In this document: one piece after another, positions 8,700-18,229 of the stretch
Position numbering within the stretch: position 1 is the stretch's first letter
How the letters are laid out: every line of letters starts with the position of its first letter
Translations under genes and position numbers: made by a program
Notes under the pieces: generated by a model
What the model was told of the DNA's origin: nothing
Databases searched by the model: none
Seen by the model: only the letters and a program-made list of their open reading frames with translations
From: Parcubacteria group bacterium
GTDB taxonomy: Bacteria; Patescibacteriota; Minisyncoccia; Phycocordibacterales; Phycocordibacteraceae
Direction: 5' to 3'
NCBI GenBank assembly: GCA_028286615.1
Contig: JAQBRG010000004.1
Span: forward strand, 1 to 34,479
Length of the DNA: 34,479 nucleotides

Positions 8700-10841
8700 A
8701 TGGCGCGTAAGAAACGTAAAGCAAAAGAGGCTGCCGAATATGGTCAGCTTACCCGTATTACTACGGGTATTATTTGCATTGCATTTGGACTGATTTTTGC
8801 CCTTGCTGCGTTCGGTCTTGCTGGCTTTGCGGGCGAGGCGATCTTCAGCTTTGGATTTGGCATTATCGGAGTAGGTGCCTTTCTCCTCCCTATCCTCCTT
8901 ATAGCAATCGGTTTTGCCATCATGATGCAGAAGAGTTTTATCTCTCCTCTTACTGCTACAGGCGTTACTCTTATTCTTCTCTCCACTCTGACATTCCTTG
9001 GGATTGTCTCTAGTGCCTGGGGAGGGCTCGCAGGAAGCTACGCGGGACATGCTGCTCGCCAGTACTTCGGTATTGCAGGTGCCATCATTTTGCTACTCGC
9101 ACTTATATCTGTAGGTGTGGTTATAACGATGGACATCTCTGCTCTCCTAACTTTCTTCAAGAGTTTCGGATCGGTACGACTTTCCCTACCGGGACGTAAA
9201 GAAGGAGAAGAGACTCCGGAAGAAGATGTTCCTCAGGAAGAGGTTCCCGCAGAAGCTGCACATGAAGCTGTTGAGCGCGAACCAGTTGTAACCATGTTCA
9301 ATCGTGGAGAGAATGCCCCTTCAATTGCAGCAGCTGCTATTCCAAACTTTGATGCTGAATATCAGGCTCCTCCCCTTTCACTCCTAGGAGAAGATAAGGG
9401 AAAACCAGGTGTTGGAGACATCAAGGCAAACGCCAACATTATTAAGCGTACCTTTATTAACTTTGGTATCTCAGTTGAGATGGATGAAGTCTCTGTTGGT
9501 CCTACCGTTACTCGTTACGCTATTAAACCAGCAGAAGGTGTTCGCCTGCAGAAGATAGTTGCTCTTCAACAGAACCTCGAACTCGCTCTTGCCGCACATC
9601 CTGTTCGTATTGAAGCCCCTATTCCGGGAAAGTCCTTGGTTGGTATCGAGGTACCAAATGCCTCTAAGGCCATGGTTGGTCTTGGTGGGGTTATCGCGGC
9701 TCCTGAATGGTCTGCAAGCAAGAAGCCGCTTCTAGCTGCTATTGGACGCGACATCACCGGCACTCCTCATTACGTGAACACAGCAAAGATGCCTCACGGT
9801 CTTATTGCTGGTGCTACGGGTTCTGGAAAGTCTGTAGCAATACACGCGGTTATCACCTCGCTCCTATATAGGAACAGTCCAAACCAGCTTCGTTTCATCA
9901 TGGTTGACCCTAAGCGCGTGGAGCTCACTCTATATAACGGTATCCCCCACCTCCTCACCCCTGTTATAACGGATCCCAAGAAGGCTATCTTCGCGCTTAA
10001 GTGGGCAGCAAAGGAAATGGATAGACGCTACACCATCCTTGAAGAGGAACAGGTTCGCGACATCGATTCGTACCACTCCACTATTGTTGAGCCTGCCAAG
10101 AAGCGCAAGGCTACTCCCCTTCCCGAAGCTATGCCGTACATCATCATTGTTATCGACGAGCTCGCCGATATCATGCAGAGCTATCCTCGCGAGCTTGAGG
10201 CAGCAATTGTTCGTCTCGCTCAGATGTCTCGAGCCGTTGGTATCCACCTCATCCTCTCTACCCAGCGTCCTTCCGTTAACGTTATTACGGGTCTCATCAA
10301 GGCAAACGTTCCTACTCGTATGGCTCTCCAGGTTGCGTCTCAAATCGACTCTCGCACTATTCTCGACGCGCCGGGTGCCGAAACACTTCTTGGAGCTGGA
10401 GACATGCTCTACATGGGAAGCGATATGCAGAAGCCTATCCGTGTTCAGACTGCCTACATCAGCGAACAGGAGGTTAAGAAGGTTGTGCAGTACATCAAGC
10501 AGCACAATGCTGGCACTCTTGGATCTCTTGATCTTGGAGGCGGTACCAACGGCACTGGGGTTCACGAGCCTAACGACGCCATTACAATGGCTACCGAAGA
10601 CGACGATGTAGATGACGACCTCTACTCGCAGGCTAAAGAAGCTGTAGAAGAAGCTGGCCGCGCCTCAACCTCATACCTCCAGCGCAAACTTCGTATCGGA
10701 TACTCTCGTGCCGCTCGTCTTATGGACCTTCTCGAGGAAAAGGGCGTTATTGGCCCAGCAGACGGCTCCCGTCCACGAGAAGTTCTCGCACAAAGCGGAG
10801 GAGCTCCTGCTGGAGCTGAGTCCTCTAATAACGACTTCTAG
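8700..10841 (+). CDS. ftsK: DNA translocase FtsK/SpoIIIE
   Basis: N-terminal TM helices, GATGSGKS Walker A, IIVIDELAD, TQRPS, gamma domain LQRKLRIGYSRAARLMD. Confidence 0.98.
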   Translation: MARKKRKAKEAAEYGQLTRITTGIICIAFGLIFALAAFGLAGFAGEAIFSFGFGIIGVGAFLLPILLIAIGFAIMMQKSFISPLTATGVTLILLSTLTFLGIVSSAWGGLAGSYAGHAARQYFGIAGAIILLLALISVGVVITMDISALLTFFKSFGSVRLSLPGRKEGEETPEEDVPQEEVPAEAAHEAVEREPVVTMFNRGENAPSIAAAAIPNFDAEYQAPPLSLLGEDKGKPGVGDIKANANIIKRTFINFGISVEMDEVSVGPTVTRYAIKPAEGVRLQKIVALQQNLELALAAHPVRIEAPIPGKSLVGIEVPNASKAMVGLGGVIAAPEWSASKKPLLAAIGRDITGTPHYVNTAKMPHGLIAGATGSGKSVAIHAVITSLLYRNSPNQLRFIMVDPKRVELTLYNGIPHLLTPVITDPKKAIFALKWAAKEMDRRYTILEEEQVRDIDSYHSTIVEPAKKRKATPLPEAMPYIIIVIDELADIMQSYPRELEAAIVRLAQMSRAVGIHLILSTQRPSVNVITGLIKANVPTRMALQVASQIDSRTILDAPGAETLLGAGDMLYMGSDMQKPIRVQTAYISEQEVKKVVQYIKQHNAGTLGSLDLGGGTNGTGVHEPNDAITMATEDDDVDDDLYSQAKEAVEEAGRASTSYLQRKLRIGYSRAARLMDLLEEKGVIGPADGSRPREVLAQSGGAPAGAESSNNDF

Positions 10842-10846
10842 GGCTT

Positions 10847-11173
10847 ATGGTTACTCGCGGAGGCATAGCAATCGTACTTCTCCTCCTCCTTATATATGGC
10901 TTCCATGAGGCTATTCCCCTTCTTTCAGGGCCTTCTCTAAGTATTGAGTCTCCTGAAGCTTATGGGGCAACTGCCTCAAGCAGTGTAACCATTGCCGGAG
11001 TTGCAAAGCGCACAGAGACATTAACCCTGAACGACGGACCTATACTTATAGACGAATCTGGACGCTTTTCGACTTCACTCGTTCTTCCTGCAGGAAACGC
11101 TATACTGTCTCTGACCGCTACCGACCGGTTCGGGAGGGCTCGCACCGAGCGGCGCACAATATTCATCCCCTAA
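10847..11173 (+). CDS. membrane-anchored small Ig-like protein
   Basis: N-terminal TM; beta-sandwich pattern ending G.AILSLTATDRFGR. Confidence 0.7.
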   Translation: MVTRGGIAIVLLLLLIYGFHEAIPLLSGPSLSIESPEAYGATASSSVTIAGVAKRTETLTLNDGPILIDESGRFSTSLVLPAGNAILSLTATDRFGRARTERRTIFIP

Positions 11174-11188
11174 TCCTTTTCTACGTAT

Positions 11189-12241
11189 ATGCCTGCAAAG
11201 AAAGCAGCTAAAAAAGCTACGAAAGCACCTCTTGAAGACGCCCATGACGGAAGCGCAGACAGCCGCGCCCGTTCTATTGAGCTCGCTCTTAAAGAGATTC
11301 GTACTAAGTTCGGAGACGAAGCCATCATGGCGTATGGCGCAGGAAAGCCTGCTGCTATAGAAGTTGTTCCCACAGGATCTCTTGGTCTTGATAACGCGCT
11401 TGGCGTGGGGGGTCTTCCCCGCGGACGCATCATCGAGATTTATGGACCTGAATCTTCAGGTAAGACGACGCTCGCACTCCATGTTATTGCCGAGGCACAG
11501 AAGAAAGGCGGTGTATGCGCATTCGTTGACGCCGAGCACGCTCTTGATCCTGAGTACGCTCGCAAGATTGGCGTGAAGCTTCCTGAGCTTCTTATCTCTC
11601 AACCAGATACTGGAGAACAAGCACTTGAAATCGTTGAGTCTCTTGTACGCGCTAACTCAATCGACGTTATTGTTGTGGACTCAGTTGCAGCACTCACCCC
11701 TAAGGACGAGATTGAGGGAGATATGGGTTCTGCGCAGATGGGAAAGCAGGCACGTCTTATGTCTCAGGCACTCCGCAAGCTCACAGCCATAACCGCGAAG
11801 TCCCACACCATCATCATCTTCATCAACCAGATTCGTATGCAGATCGGTGTGATGTTCGGAAACCCTGAGACCACCACTGGAGGAAAGGCTCTCAAGTTCT
11901 ACACCTCAGTCCGTCTTGATATTCGTCGCATCGCTCAGATTAAGAAAGGCGAAGAGATTGTGGGAGGACGTGTTCGCGTGAAGGTTGTTAAGAACAAGGT
12001 GGCTGCTCCATTCAAGACAACTGAGTTCGATCTTCTCTACAACGAAGGTATTAGCCGCGAGGGAGAAATAATTGCACTTGGAGAGAAGTACGATATTCTT
12101 CAGAAGTCTGGCTCAAGCTACAAGTTTGGAGAGGTTGCCTTGGGACGCGGGTACGATGCAACTCGTACCTTCCTTAGGGAGAACAAGCCAATTGCAGCTG
12201 AGATTCTTAAACTCATCCGTGTAAAGCTCGCAGAGGAATAG
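11189..12241 (+). CDS. recA: recombinase RecA
   Basis: [41 protein letters not shown]. Confidence 0.99.
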   Translation: MPAKKAAKKATKAPLEDAHDGSADSRARSIELALKEIRTKFGDEAIMAYGAGKPAAIEVVPTGSLGLDNALGVGGLPRGRIIEIYGPESSGKTTLALHVIAEAQKKGGVCAFVDAEHALDPEYARKIGVKLPELLISQPDTGEQALEIVESLVRANSIDVIVVDSVAALTPKDEIEGDMGSAQMGKQARLMSQALRKLTAITAKSHTIIIFINQIRMQIGVMFGNPETTTGGKALKFYTSVRLDIRRIAQIKKGEEIVGGRVRVKVVKNKVAAPFKTTEFDLLYNEGISREGEIIALGEKYDILQKSGSSYKFGEVALGRGYDATRTFLRENKPIAAEILKLIRVKLAEE

Positions 12242-12255
12242 AAGGGCGACCTTAG

Positions 12256-12291
12256 AAATACAAAGAGCCTCTAACGAGGCTCTTTGTATTT
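12256..12291. terminator. bidirectional terminator
   Basis: AAATACAAAGAGCCTC-taac-GAGGCTCTTTGTATTT. Confidence 0.9.
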
Positions 12292-12384
12292 ATTTAATAT
12301 CAAAGGAAGAAAGACCGCCGTACTCTTTCGGTACATGCGGTCCTGTTGGGAACGGAGTCTTGCGACTTACGTTGTATTCTGGAA

Positions 12385-12642
12385 TTAGTTCAGAGTTCTT
12401 GTATCAGGTGGCCCTCTGAGAATATCTTCGAGGGCCTCCGAGTCCTGATGATGGTCAAGCTTGCTCTTCCTAATGAAGTCCTCCTTTTCTTCGGGCGACA
12501 TGGCGAGCGTTCGGTCTGTGATTTCCTTCGCTAGAAGATGATCTTCCGGACTCAGTCCGGGGTGACGCCTGCGGACAAACTCGTCAGCACGCTCTTGTAT
12601 TTCGGCTGGAGTCAGTGACTTAGACCTCTTGCTTTCGGACAT
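12385..12642 (-). CDS. small helical hypothetical protein (85 aa)
   Basis: TTGACA-17-CATTCT promoter (12717-12689); AGAAGGA SD-like sequence before MSESK; hairpin downstream. Confidence 0.55.
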   Translation of the reverse strand: MSESKRSKSLTPAEIQERADEFVRRRHPGLSPEDHLLAKEITDRTLAMSPEEKEDFIRKSKLDHHQDSEALEDILRGPPDTRTLN

Positions 12643-12798
12643 CGAGCGATTCCTTCTGACCAAAGACGCTGCGGGTGCGACCAAGAGTAGAATGAATGAT
12701 GGAAGAACTCATGTCAATCTATAATAATTTGAAGGTTTGATAATACCTGCATACTCCGGTATCATTCCCCCATTACTCCCCTAGTGCGGGCATTTTTT

Positions 12799-13374
12799 AT
12801 GGCAATACTTTCCTACAACGAAATCGTCTCCAAGACCGTTATTGAATACAACGGCGAACCGTACGAAGTACTCTCTTCACACGTCTTCCGCATGCAGCAG
12901 AGAAAGCCGGTTAATCAGACCAAGCTCCGCCACCTCGTATCCGGCAAGGTTACCGAGATCTCCTTCCACCAGAACGAGAGCGTTCCTGAAGCAGACATAG
13001 ACCGCATCGAAGCTACCTACCTCTACACCAACCGCGGCGAGAGCTGGTTTACTGAGAAGAACAATCCGAAGAACCGGTTCTCCTTCCCTGAGGATATGGT
13101 GCACGAGAAGGTGCAGTGGCTAGTACAGAACTCTTCTATTGAAGTACTTACATACAAAGAGAAGCCGATGACTATCAAGATTCCCGTTAAGGTTGAGCTT
13201 AAAGTTACTGAAGCTCCTCCTGCAGTTCGCGGGGACACGGCAACCGGTGGCGACAAGAAGGTTACGCTTGAGTCTGGTGCGGTTGTTTCAACTCCCCTGT
13301 TCATTAATGTAGGCGATACGCTTCGTATAAACACAGAAACTGGAGAATACGCAGAACGAGTAGAAAAAGCATAA
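12799..13374 (+). CDS. efp: elongation factor P (non-canonical loop)
   Basis: PPAVRGDTATGGDKKVTLESGAVV.TPLFINVGD...INTETGEYAER; promoter TTGATA-17-TATCAT (12737-12765). Confidence 0.96.
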   Translation: MAILSYNEIVSKTVIEYNGEPYEVLSSHVFRMQQRKPVNQTKLRHLVSGKVTEISFHQNESVPEADIDRIEATYLYTNRGESWFTEKNNPKNRFSFPEDMVHEKVQWLVQNSSIEVLTYKEKPMTIKIPVKVELKVTEAPPAVRGDTATGGDKKVTLESGAVVSTPLFINVGDTLRINTETGEYAERVEKA

Positions 13375-13388
13375 GCGAAGTTAAATAC

Positions 13389-13425
13389 GAAAAAGGCCCG
13401 CTCAGTTGAGGGGCCTTTCGCTTTT
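13389..13425. terminator. terminator between convergent genes
   Basis: AAAGGCCC...GGGCCTTT stem followed by a T-rich tract. Confidence 0.65.
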
Positions 13426-13441
13426 GGGCGTTGATGCACTT

Positions 13442-14017
13442 TCACGCAACGTTTGGCAAAACGCGAGGCCGTCGTTGCATCGGTAGCGGCCTTGGGGCTG
13501 CGTCTTGCACAATTAACTTTCGCACGACGACGAAGGTTCGCGTATTCGAATTGACCGAACGTTCAGTTTCGTAGAGAGCGTACTCGTAGAATTTCACCTT
13601 TCCGTTGCTAGTCTCGACAGGATGGATTCGATCCGTAAAGATTCCGCCCCTGAGCGATGTAGTTGGAAGCTCGTCAGGAATTTTGATGAGCCTCGGGTCA
13701 CACGGCGTCTTGCCGTCCAGATACACTCGGACGAGATACGCCTCGTCTGCGATAACTGCGAAAAAGGCTGCGCCATTGGGCATCCGGTCTCCCTCCTCAA
13801 ATGCTGAGGCCAGACCAGAACCGACGTGTGCGGGGTACTCCTTTGGACTTAAGCACTCCACAGCGACTTCCACGATGCCCTTTTTCGGCGCGTTTTCAAC
13901 CTGCACCTGTGCGACGACAGCAGCAGGACGATTTATAATCCGTGTGCCGCTGCAGACAGTGAGTCCGAACACTGCAGCGGCCACCACCACAGTTCCAAGC
14001 GCGGTCCCGATTCCCAT
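13442..14017 (-). CDS. hypothetical membrane-anchored/secreted protein
   Basis: 191-aa ORF with a hydrophobic N-terminus and a GGAGG SD; no family recognised. Confidence 0.65.
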   Translation of the reverse strand: MGIGTALGTVVVAAAVFGLTVCSGTRIINRPAAVVAQVQVENAPKKGIVEVAVECLSPKEYPAHVGSGLASAFEEGDRMPNGAAFFAVIADEAYLVRVYLDGKTPCDPRLIKIPDELPTTSLRGGIFTDRIHPVETSNGKVKFYEYALYETERSVNSNTRTFVVVRKLIVQDAAPRPLPMQRRPRVLPNVA

Positions 14018-14094
14018 AGCCGTTCCCTCCGTTTTTTATCAGCATGCACAACTGCATACCGAGTTCTGCCATAATCTAATCACGTCCCAGATTA

Positions 14095-14128
14095 AAAGCA
14101 AAAGCCGCCCGAAGGCGGCTTTTGCTTT
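14095..14128. terminator. terminator after rpsR
   Basis: AAAGCAAAAGCCGCC-cgaa-GGCGGCTTTTGCTTT. Confidence 0.9.
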
Positions 14129-14141
14129 GTAAAACCCTAGC

Positions 14142-14348
14142 TTATGCAGCGAGGTATGGAAGGAGTGCCATGTAACGAGCGCGTTTGATAGCAAGTGCTA
14201 TTTCGCGCTGCTTGTTTGCGGGCATGCCTGTGCGCTTCTTTGCAAGAATCTTTGCATGTGGATTCATGAACTGGCGCAAGTATGCGACGTCCTTGTAGTC
14301 CACGAACTTCTTGTTTTCTATTTCCTCACGTTCTGATTGATGTGCCAT
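14142..14348 (-). CDS. rpsR: 30S ribosomal protein bS18 (Zn-free type)
   Basis: VDYKDV..LRQF...KI...RTG....QR.IALAIKRARYMALLPY. Confidence 0.96.
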   Translation of the reverse strand: MAHQSEREEIENKKFVDYKDVAYLRQFMNPHAKILAKKRTGMPANKQREIALAIKRARYMALLPYLAA

Positions 14349-14358
14349 ATGCTTTTAT

Positions 14359-14835
14359 TTAAAACGGAATATCTTCCGGGTTGATCTCTTCGTCTGGGTA
14401 CTGAATCTCCTCTCCAGAAACCTCTGGCATTGCTGCCGGAGCGTTCTGCTGGCGAGGTGCTGAACCTTCTGAACTGCCTCCTCCACGATTGCCCGCAGGC
14501 GCATCGCCACCTGCCTGAGGACCGAACTGGAAGCTGTCTACGACAATCTCCGTACGGTACTGCTTAACTCCTTCTTTGTCCCAAGAACGAGTCTGGATAC
14601 GTCCTTCAACGTATACTGGGCGGCCCTTCTTGAGGTACTGGCCCATAACCTCAGCAGTACGGCCGAACGCCACGATGTTGTGGAATTCAACCTGCTCCTG
14701 CTGCTGTCCCTCCTTGTTCTTAAAAGAACGGTTTGTTGCAAGAGCGAAGCTAGCAACCTGCTGGCCTGAAGGAATTGCGCGAACTTCTGGATCGCGAGTT
14801 AGGTTACCGTAGAGAAGGACTTTGTTGAGGTACAT
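14359..14835 (-). CDS. ssb: single-stranded DNA-binding protein
   Basis: LNKVLLYGNLTRDPE, VEGRIQTRSW, C-terminal EDIPF. Confidence 0.98.
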   Translation of the reverse strand: MYLNKVLLYGNLTRDPEVRAIPSGQQVASFALATNRSFKNKEGQQQEQVEFHNIVAFGRTAEVMGQYLKKGRPVYVEGRIQTRSWDKEGVKQYRTEIVVDSFQFGPQAGGDAPAGNRGGGSSEGSAPRQQNAPAAMPEVSGEEIQYPDEEINPEDIPF

Positions 14836-14842
14836 GTAGGTA

Positions 14843-15331
14843 TTATACGCCAACCTCCTTAAGAGCTGCGTCGAGTTCTACCTCGGCAACATCTTCAGCA
14901 GGCGCTGTCTCCATTTCTGGCATCTTTGCGTAAATCTCGTGCATTTCTGCAGCGTGCGCGGCAGCTTCCTTCTCGGTGCGGATATCAAGGAATCGTACGA
15001 TGCGAGTCTCGGCACGAACTGCCTCAGTTACTGCGTCGTGTCCCTTTCCATCTACTTCGTATGCAATCCATGCGAAATGCGCAGTTGAGAAATCACGTCG
15101 TCCGGTTGTTTCGCTACGGAAGATTGTGTATGCAAGCTGGACCTTCTGGGGAAGACCCTCTGCAACAATGCTTCCAGCCTTAGCGGCTACGTCACGAAGT
15201 CCCTGGTACACCTTCTTAACTTCTTCCTGAGGAAGCTCAGGATCGATATGAAAACCGAGCTCGTATACACGAACTTCAGCGGAATCCTCCTCGGTTACTT
15301 CTACTTCTTTCTCTTTTGTCTCTTTAGCCAT
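14843..15331 (-). CDS. rpsF: 30S ribosomal protein bS6 with acidic extensions
   Basis: YELGFHIDPEL, LAYTI, IVRFL; rpsF-ssb-rpsR synteny; promoter TTGCCG-17-TAGTAT. Confidence 0.9.
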   Translation of the reverse strand: MAKETKEKEVEVTEEDSAEVRVYELGFHIDPELPQEEVKKVYQGLRDVAAKAGSIVAEGLPQKVQLAYTIFRSETTGRRDFSTAHFAWIAYEVDGKGHDAVTEAVRAETRIVRFLDIRTEKEAAAHAAEMHEIYAKMPEMETAPAEDVAEVELDAALKEVGV

Positions 15332-15377
15332 GATTTCCGCATACTAACACGCCCTTTTCTGGCCGGCAAATAGCTGG

Positions 15378-16178
15378 CTAGGCCGTAGGAAGGCCAAAAA
15401 CACGAGTAGCGTTGGTTAGTATCTGGGCACGGACCATTTCCTCGTCTTCCTCTCTAATACGAGCTATCGCGGCCACAATCTCGGGAATGGCCAAGGAGTC
15501 GTTCCTCTGTCCTCTCCGGCTAGCGGGGGCTATGTAGGGAGCGTCTGTCTCAGACAGAATATGGGTTAAAGGTGCGAATCGAAGCACCTCGTCATAGTCA
15601 TGAGTGAAGGTGAGGACGGCGGTAAAGGATAGAGTGAAATCAAGAGCAATAAGATCTCGTGCTTCTTCCACCCCTCCTACAAAGAAATGTATATCTCCTT
15701 TGAGCTTGTCCCCGTTCTCCTGCTTATACGAACGGAGAATATCTATTAAATCCCTATATGCATCCTGAGTTCCCTTTGCAGGACGCGAGTGGATCATGAG
15801 TGGCTTTCCTGTCTCTATAGAAAGTTGGACATGCTGCTCAAACACTTCCCTTTGTTTTGCTTTGGCAGCTTCCACATCAGCTGGTCTAAAGTTATCAAGT
15901 CCGCACTCCCCTATTGCAACAACTTTGGGATTTGATGCGAGCGTTCGGTACACATCCATATCAAATACTTCTTTATCTGCAGAGTTAGGATGAAGACCTA
16001 CAGAAGCAAACAGATCCTCTCGTCCTTCAACAAGTGCGGTTGCTTTCTTGGAGGACTCTAGATCAACACCGACTACAAGCCCTCCAACCTGTTCTTCTTG
16101 CATGCGAGCCAGAAGATCTTCGCGGTCCATATTATATGGATCAAACTGGACATGGCAGTGCGCATCAAAATACTTCAT
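15378..16178 (-). CDS. tatD: TatD family nuclease
   Basis: DAHCH, GLHP, AIGECGLD, IHSR, ETDAPY. Confidence 0.96.
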   Translation of the reverse strand: MKYFDAHCHVQFDPYNMDREDLLARMQEEQVGGLVVGVDLESSKKATALVEGREDLFASVGLHPNSADKEVFDMDVYRTLASNPKVVAIGECGLDNFRPADVEAAKAKQREVFEQHVQLSIETGKPLMIHSRPAKGTQDAYRDLIDILRSYKQENGDKLKGDIHFFVGGVEEARDLIALDFTLSFTAVLTFTHDYDEVLRFAPLTHILSETDAPYIAPASRRGQRNDSLAIPEIVAAIARIREEDEEMVRAQILTNATRVFGLPTA

Positions 16179-16240
16179 ATCAAAACAATATCATGTCTTA
16201 AATGCTTGACTGAGAATCGTACCAAAAGTAGTATATCGGT

Positions 16241-16531
16241 ATGCAAACAACCATCACTATTAAGACGGATAAAAAGCTACGGGATGCAGCAAAGAAAACT
16301 GCTGCAGCTCTTGGTATTCCTCTAACCACTGTGATAAACGCACAGCTACGAGAATTCGTTCGCGCCCAGCGTTTTGAGATATCCCTCACGCCTCGCCCAG
16401 GGAAAATCGCAGAGTGGAAGAAAATGAGCGATTACGCAAATGCGCATCCTGAAAGCGAGACAGCATTGCGAACCCCAGAAGAGGTTCAGAAATACTTTAG
16501 AAGCTTAATTCGAACAACTCGTAAGAAGTAA
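16241..16531 (+). CDS. RelB/DinJ-like antitoxin (RHH)
   Basis: TTITIKTDKKLRDAAKKTAAALGIPLTTVINAQLREFV; directly upstream of a toxin. Confidence 0.8.
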   Translation: MQTTITIKTDKKLRDAAKKTAAALGIPLTTVINAQLREFVRAQRFEISLTPRPGKIAEWKKMSDYANAHPESETALRTPEEVQKYFRSLIRTTRKK

Positions 16532-16795
16532 ATGGTTCTTCTCACCTCTAAACAATTTGATAAGAAGTTGTTACGGGTACCGTGGAATATTAGACGCGCT
16601 TATTTAGCCCGAATTCATCTTTTTCTTATCGACCCTCAGAATTCTGTTCTCCATAATCATCCGCTCCAAGGAACCTATAGAGGCACGCGAAGTATCAATA
16701 TAACTGGAGATTATCGTCTTATATTTGAACAATTAGGGAACGACACTATACGTCTCTTAGAAATAGACACGCATCACAATCTATACGGGACCTAA
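16532..16795 (+). CDS. RelE/YafQ family mRNA interferase toxin
   Basis: SKQFDKKL, HNHPLQG, RSINITGDYRLIF, IDTHHNLYG. Confidence 0.9.
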   Translation: MVLLTSKQFDKKLLRVPWNIRRAYLARIHLFLIDPQNSVLHNHPLQGTYRGTRSINITGDYRLIFEQLGNDTIRLLEIDTHHNLYGT

Positions 16796-18219
16796 ATACG
16801 TGGAAAGAGATTCTCTGGCTTCTTATTCTCTCGAACAGCGTTCAGTATCTTCTCAGCTGTAACTGGCATAACCGGAACAAGGTGTGCGGCAATTTTAGCG
16901 AGATGCCGCACGAGTTTCTCAATATCCTTAATTCCTTCCGCTTTTGTCTCTTCTACTTTTACTTTCTTAAACGGCTCCTCTGTTGCCATGTACTCATCCC
17001 CTTTTCCTACATGTGCCCAGATAAGATCCATTGCCTCGTTAAAGCTGAAAGTATCTATAAGAGTTGTAAATGCACCCTCAACTGCAGTATCGGCTTCGGT
17101 AAGCCCAATAGGGGTTGGTAGATGCTCCTCAGCGAGCTTCATAACTCTAGCTACAAGATTCCCAATACCGTTAACTAGGTTGGCTGTGTACGCTTCTTCA
17201 AAGCGCTCTGCAGTAAAGTCGCTGTCCTCTGAAGGATGAATGTGGCGAAGAAGGAAGTATCGAACTGCATCAGTACCGTACTTCTCTACGTACTCAATAG
17301 GGTCAACAGTATTGCCCAAAGACTTAGACATCTTCGCGCCTCCTGAGGTTATGAACCCGTGTATGAATATCTGTTTGCTTGCGGGAAGTCCTGCAGACAT
17401 AAGCATGGCCTGCCACATAGCAGCCTGCTGTCGCACCTGGTCCTTGCCTGCAAACTGAATAACCGGCCAGTATTTCTCAAACTGCTCAGTATCTGCGGGC
17501 CATCCAATAGTTGAGATGTAGCTAACGAGTGCATCAAACCATACGTACATAACCTGGCTCTCGTCTCCTGGCACGGGTACTCCCCAAGGCATCTTTGCCG
17601 CCACGCGCGAAATACTAAAGTCCTGTAGTCCTTCCCTATCGATAAGAGAAGTAAATTCGTTTAGACGGAACTGCGGTATAAGAAACTCTTCGTTACTGCT
17701 GTAGAGAGCTTTGAGTTTGTCCGCGTATGCAGAGAAACGGAAGAAATAATTCTCCTCATCAATATATTCGATCTCAAGATTCGGATGGAGAATGCAGTGC
17801 CCGTCTATAAGTTCTGAATCCGTCTTCTCGAGCTCGCACCCCACGCAATACTTGATCTGGTATGCCTTCTTATATATATCTCCTGCAGTCTCGCATCTTC
17901 GCCAGAATTCCTGTGCCGCGGACACGTGTTCTGGATCCGTTGTGCGAATGAATCTGTCATACGAAAGATTTAATGCTTCACGAAGCTTACTAAAACTATT
18001 GGCGTACCTGTCCGCATACTCTTGCGGAGTCTGCCCCGCTTCCTGAGAGTTCTTAAATATTTTGCTGCCGTGTTCGTCTGTACCGGTATTGAATACAACC
18101 TCCTCTCCTTGAAGGCGTGCGGTGCGTGCGTATGCGTCAGCCTGCACTATCTCAAGCGCGAAACCGATATGCGGATCCGCATTTACATACGGGAGGGTGG
18201 TAGTGAGGTACCGGGCCAT
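16792..18219 (-). CDS. metG: methionine--tRNA ligase (short form, no C-terminal tRNA-binding domain)
   Basis: YVNADPHIGF, GTDEHG, YVWFDAL, KMSKSLGN. Confidence 0.97.
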   Translation of the reverse strand: MARYLTTTLPYVNADPHIGFALEIVQADAYARTARLQGEEVVFNTGTDEHGSKIFKNSQEAGQTPQEYADRYANSFSKLREALNLSYDRFIRTTDPEHVSAAQEFWRRCETAGDIYKKAYQIKYCVGCELEKTDSELIDGHCILHPNLEIEYIDEENYFFRFSAYADKLKALYSSNEEFLIPQFRLNEFTSLIDREGLQDFSISRVAAKMPWGVPVPGDESQVMYVWFDALVSYISTIGWPADTEQFEKYWPVIQFAGKDQVRQQAAMWQAMLMSAGLPASKQIFIHGFITSGGAKMSKSLGNTVDPIEYVEKYGTDAVRYFLLRHIHPSEDSDFTAERFEEAYTANLVNGIGNLVARVMKLAEEHLPTPIGLTEADTAVEGAFTTLIDTFSFNEAMDLIWAHVGKGDEYMATEEPFKKVKVEETKAEGIKDIEKLVRHLAKIAAHLVPVMPVTAEKILNAVRENKKPENLFPRI

Positions 18220-18229
18220 AAACAAACGT

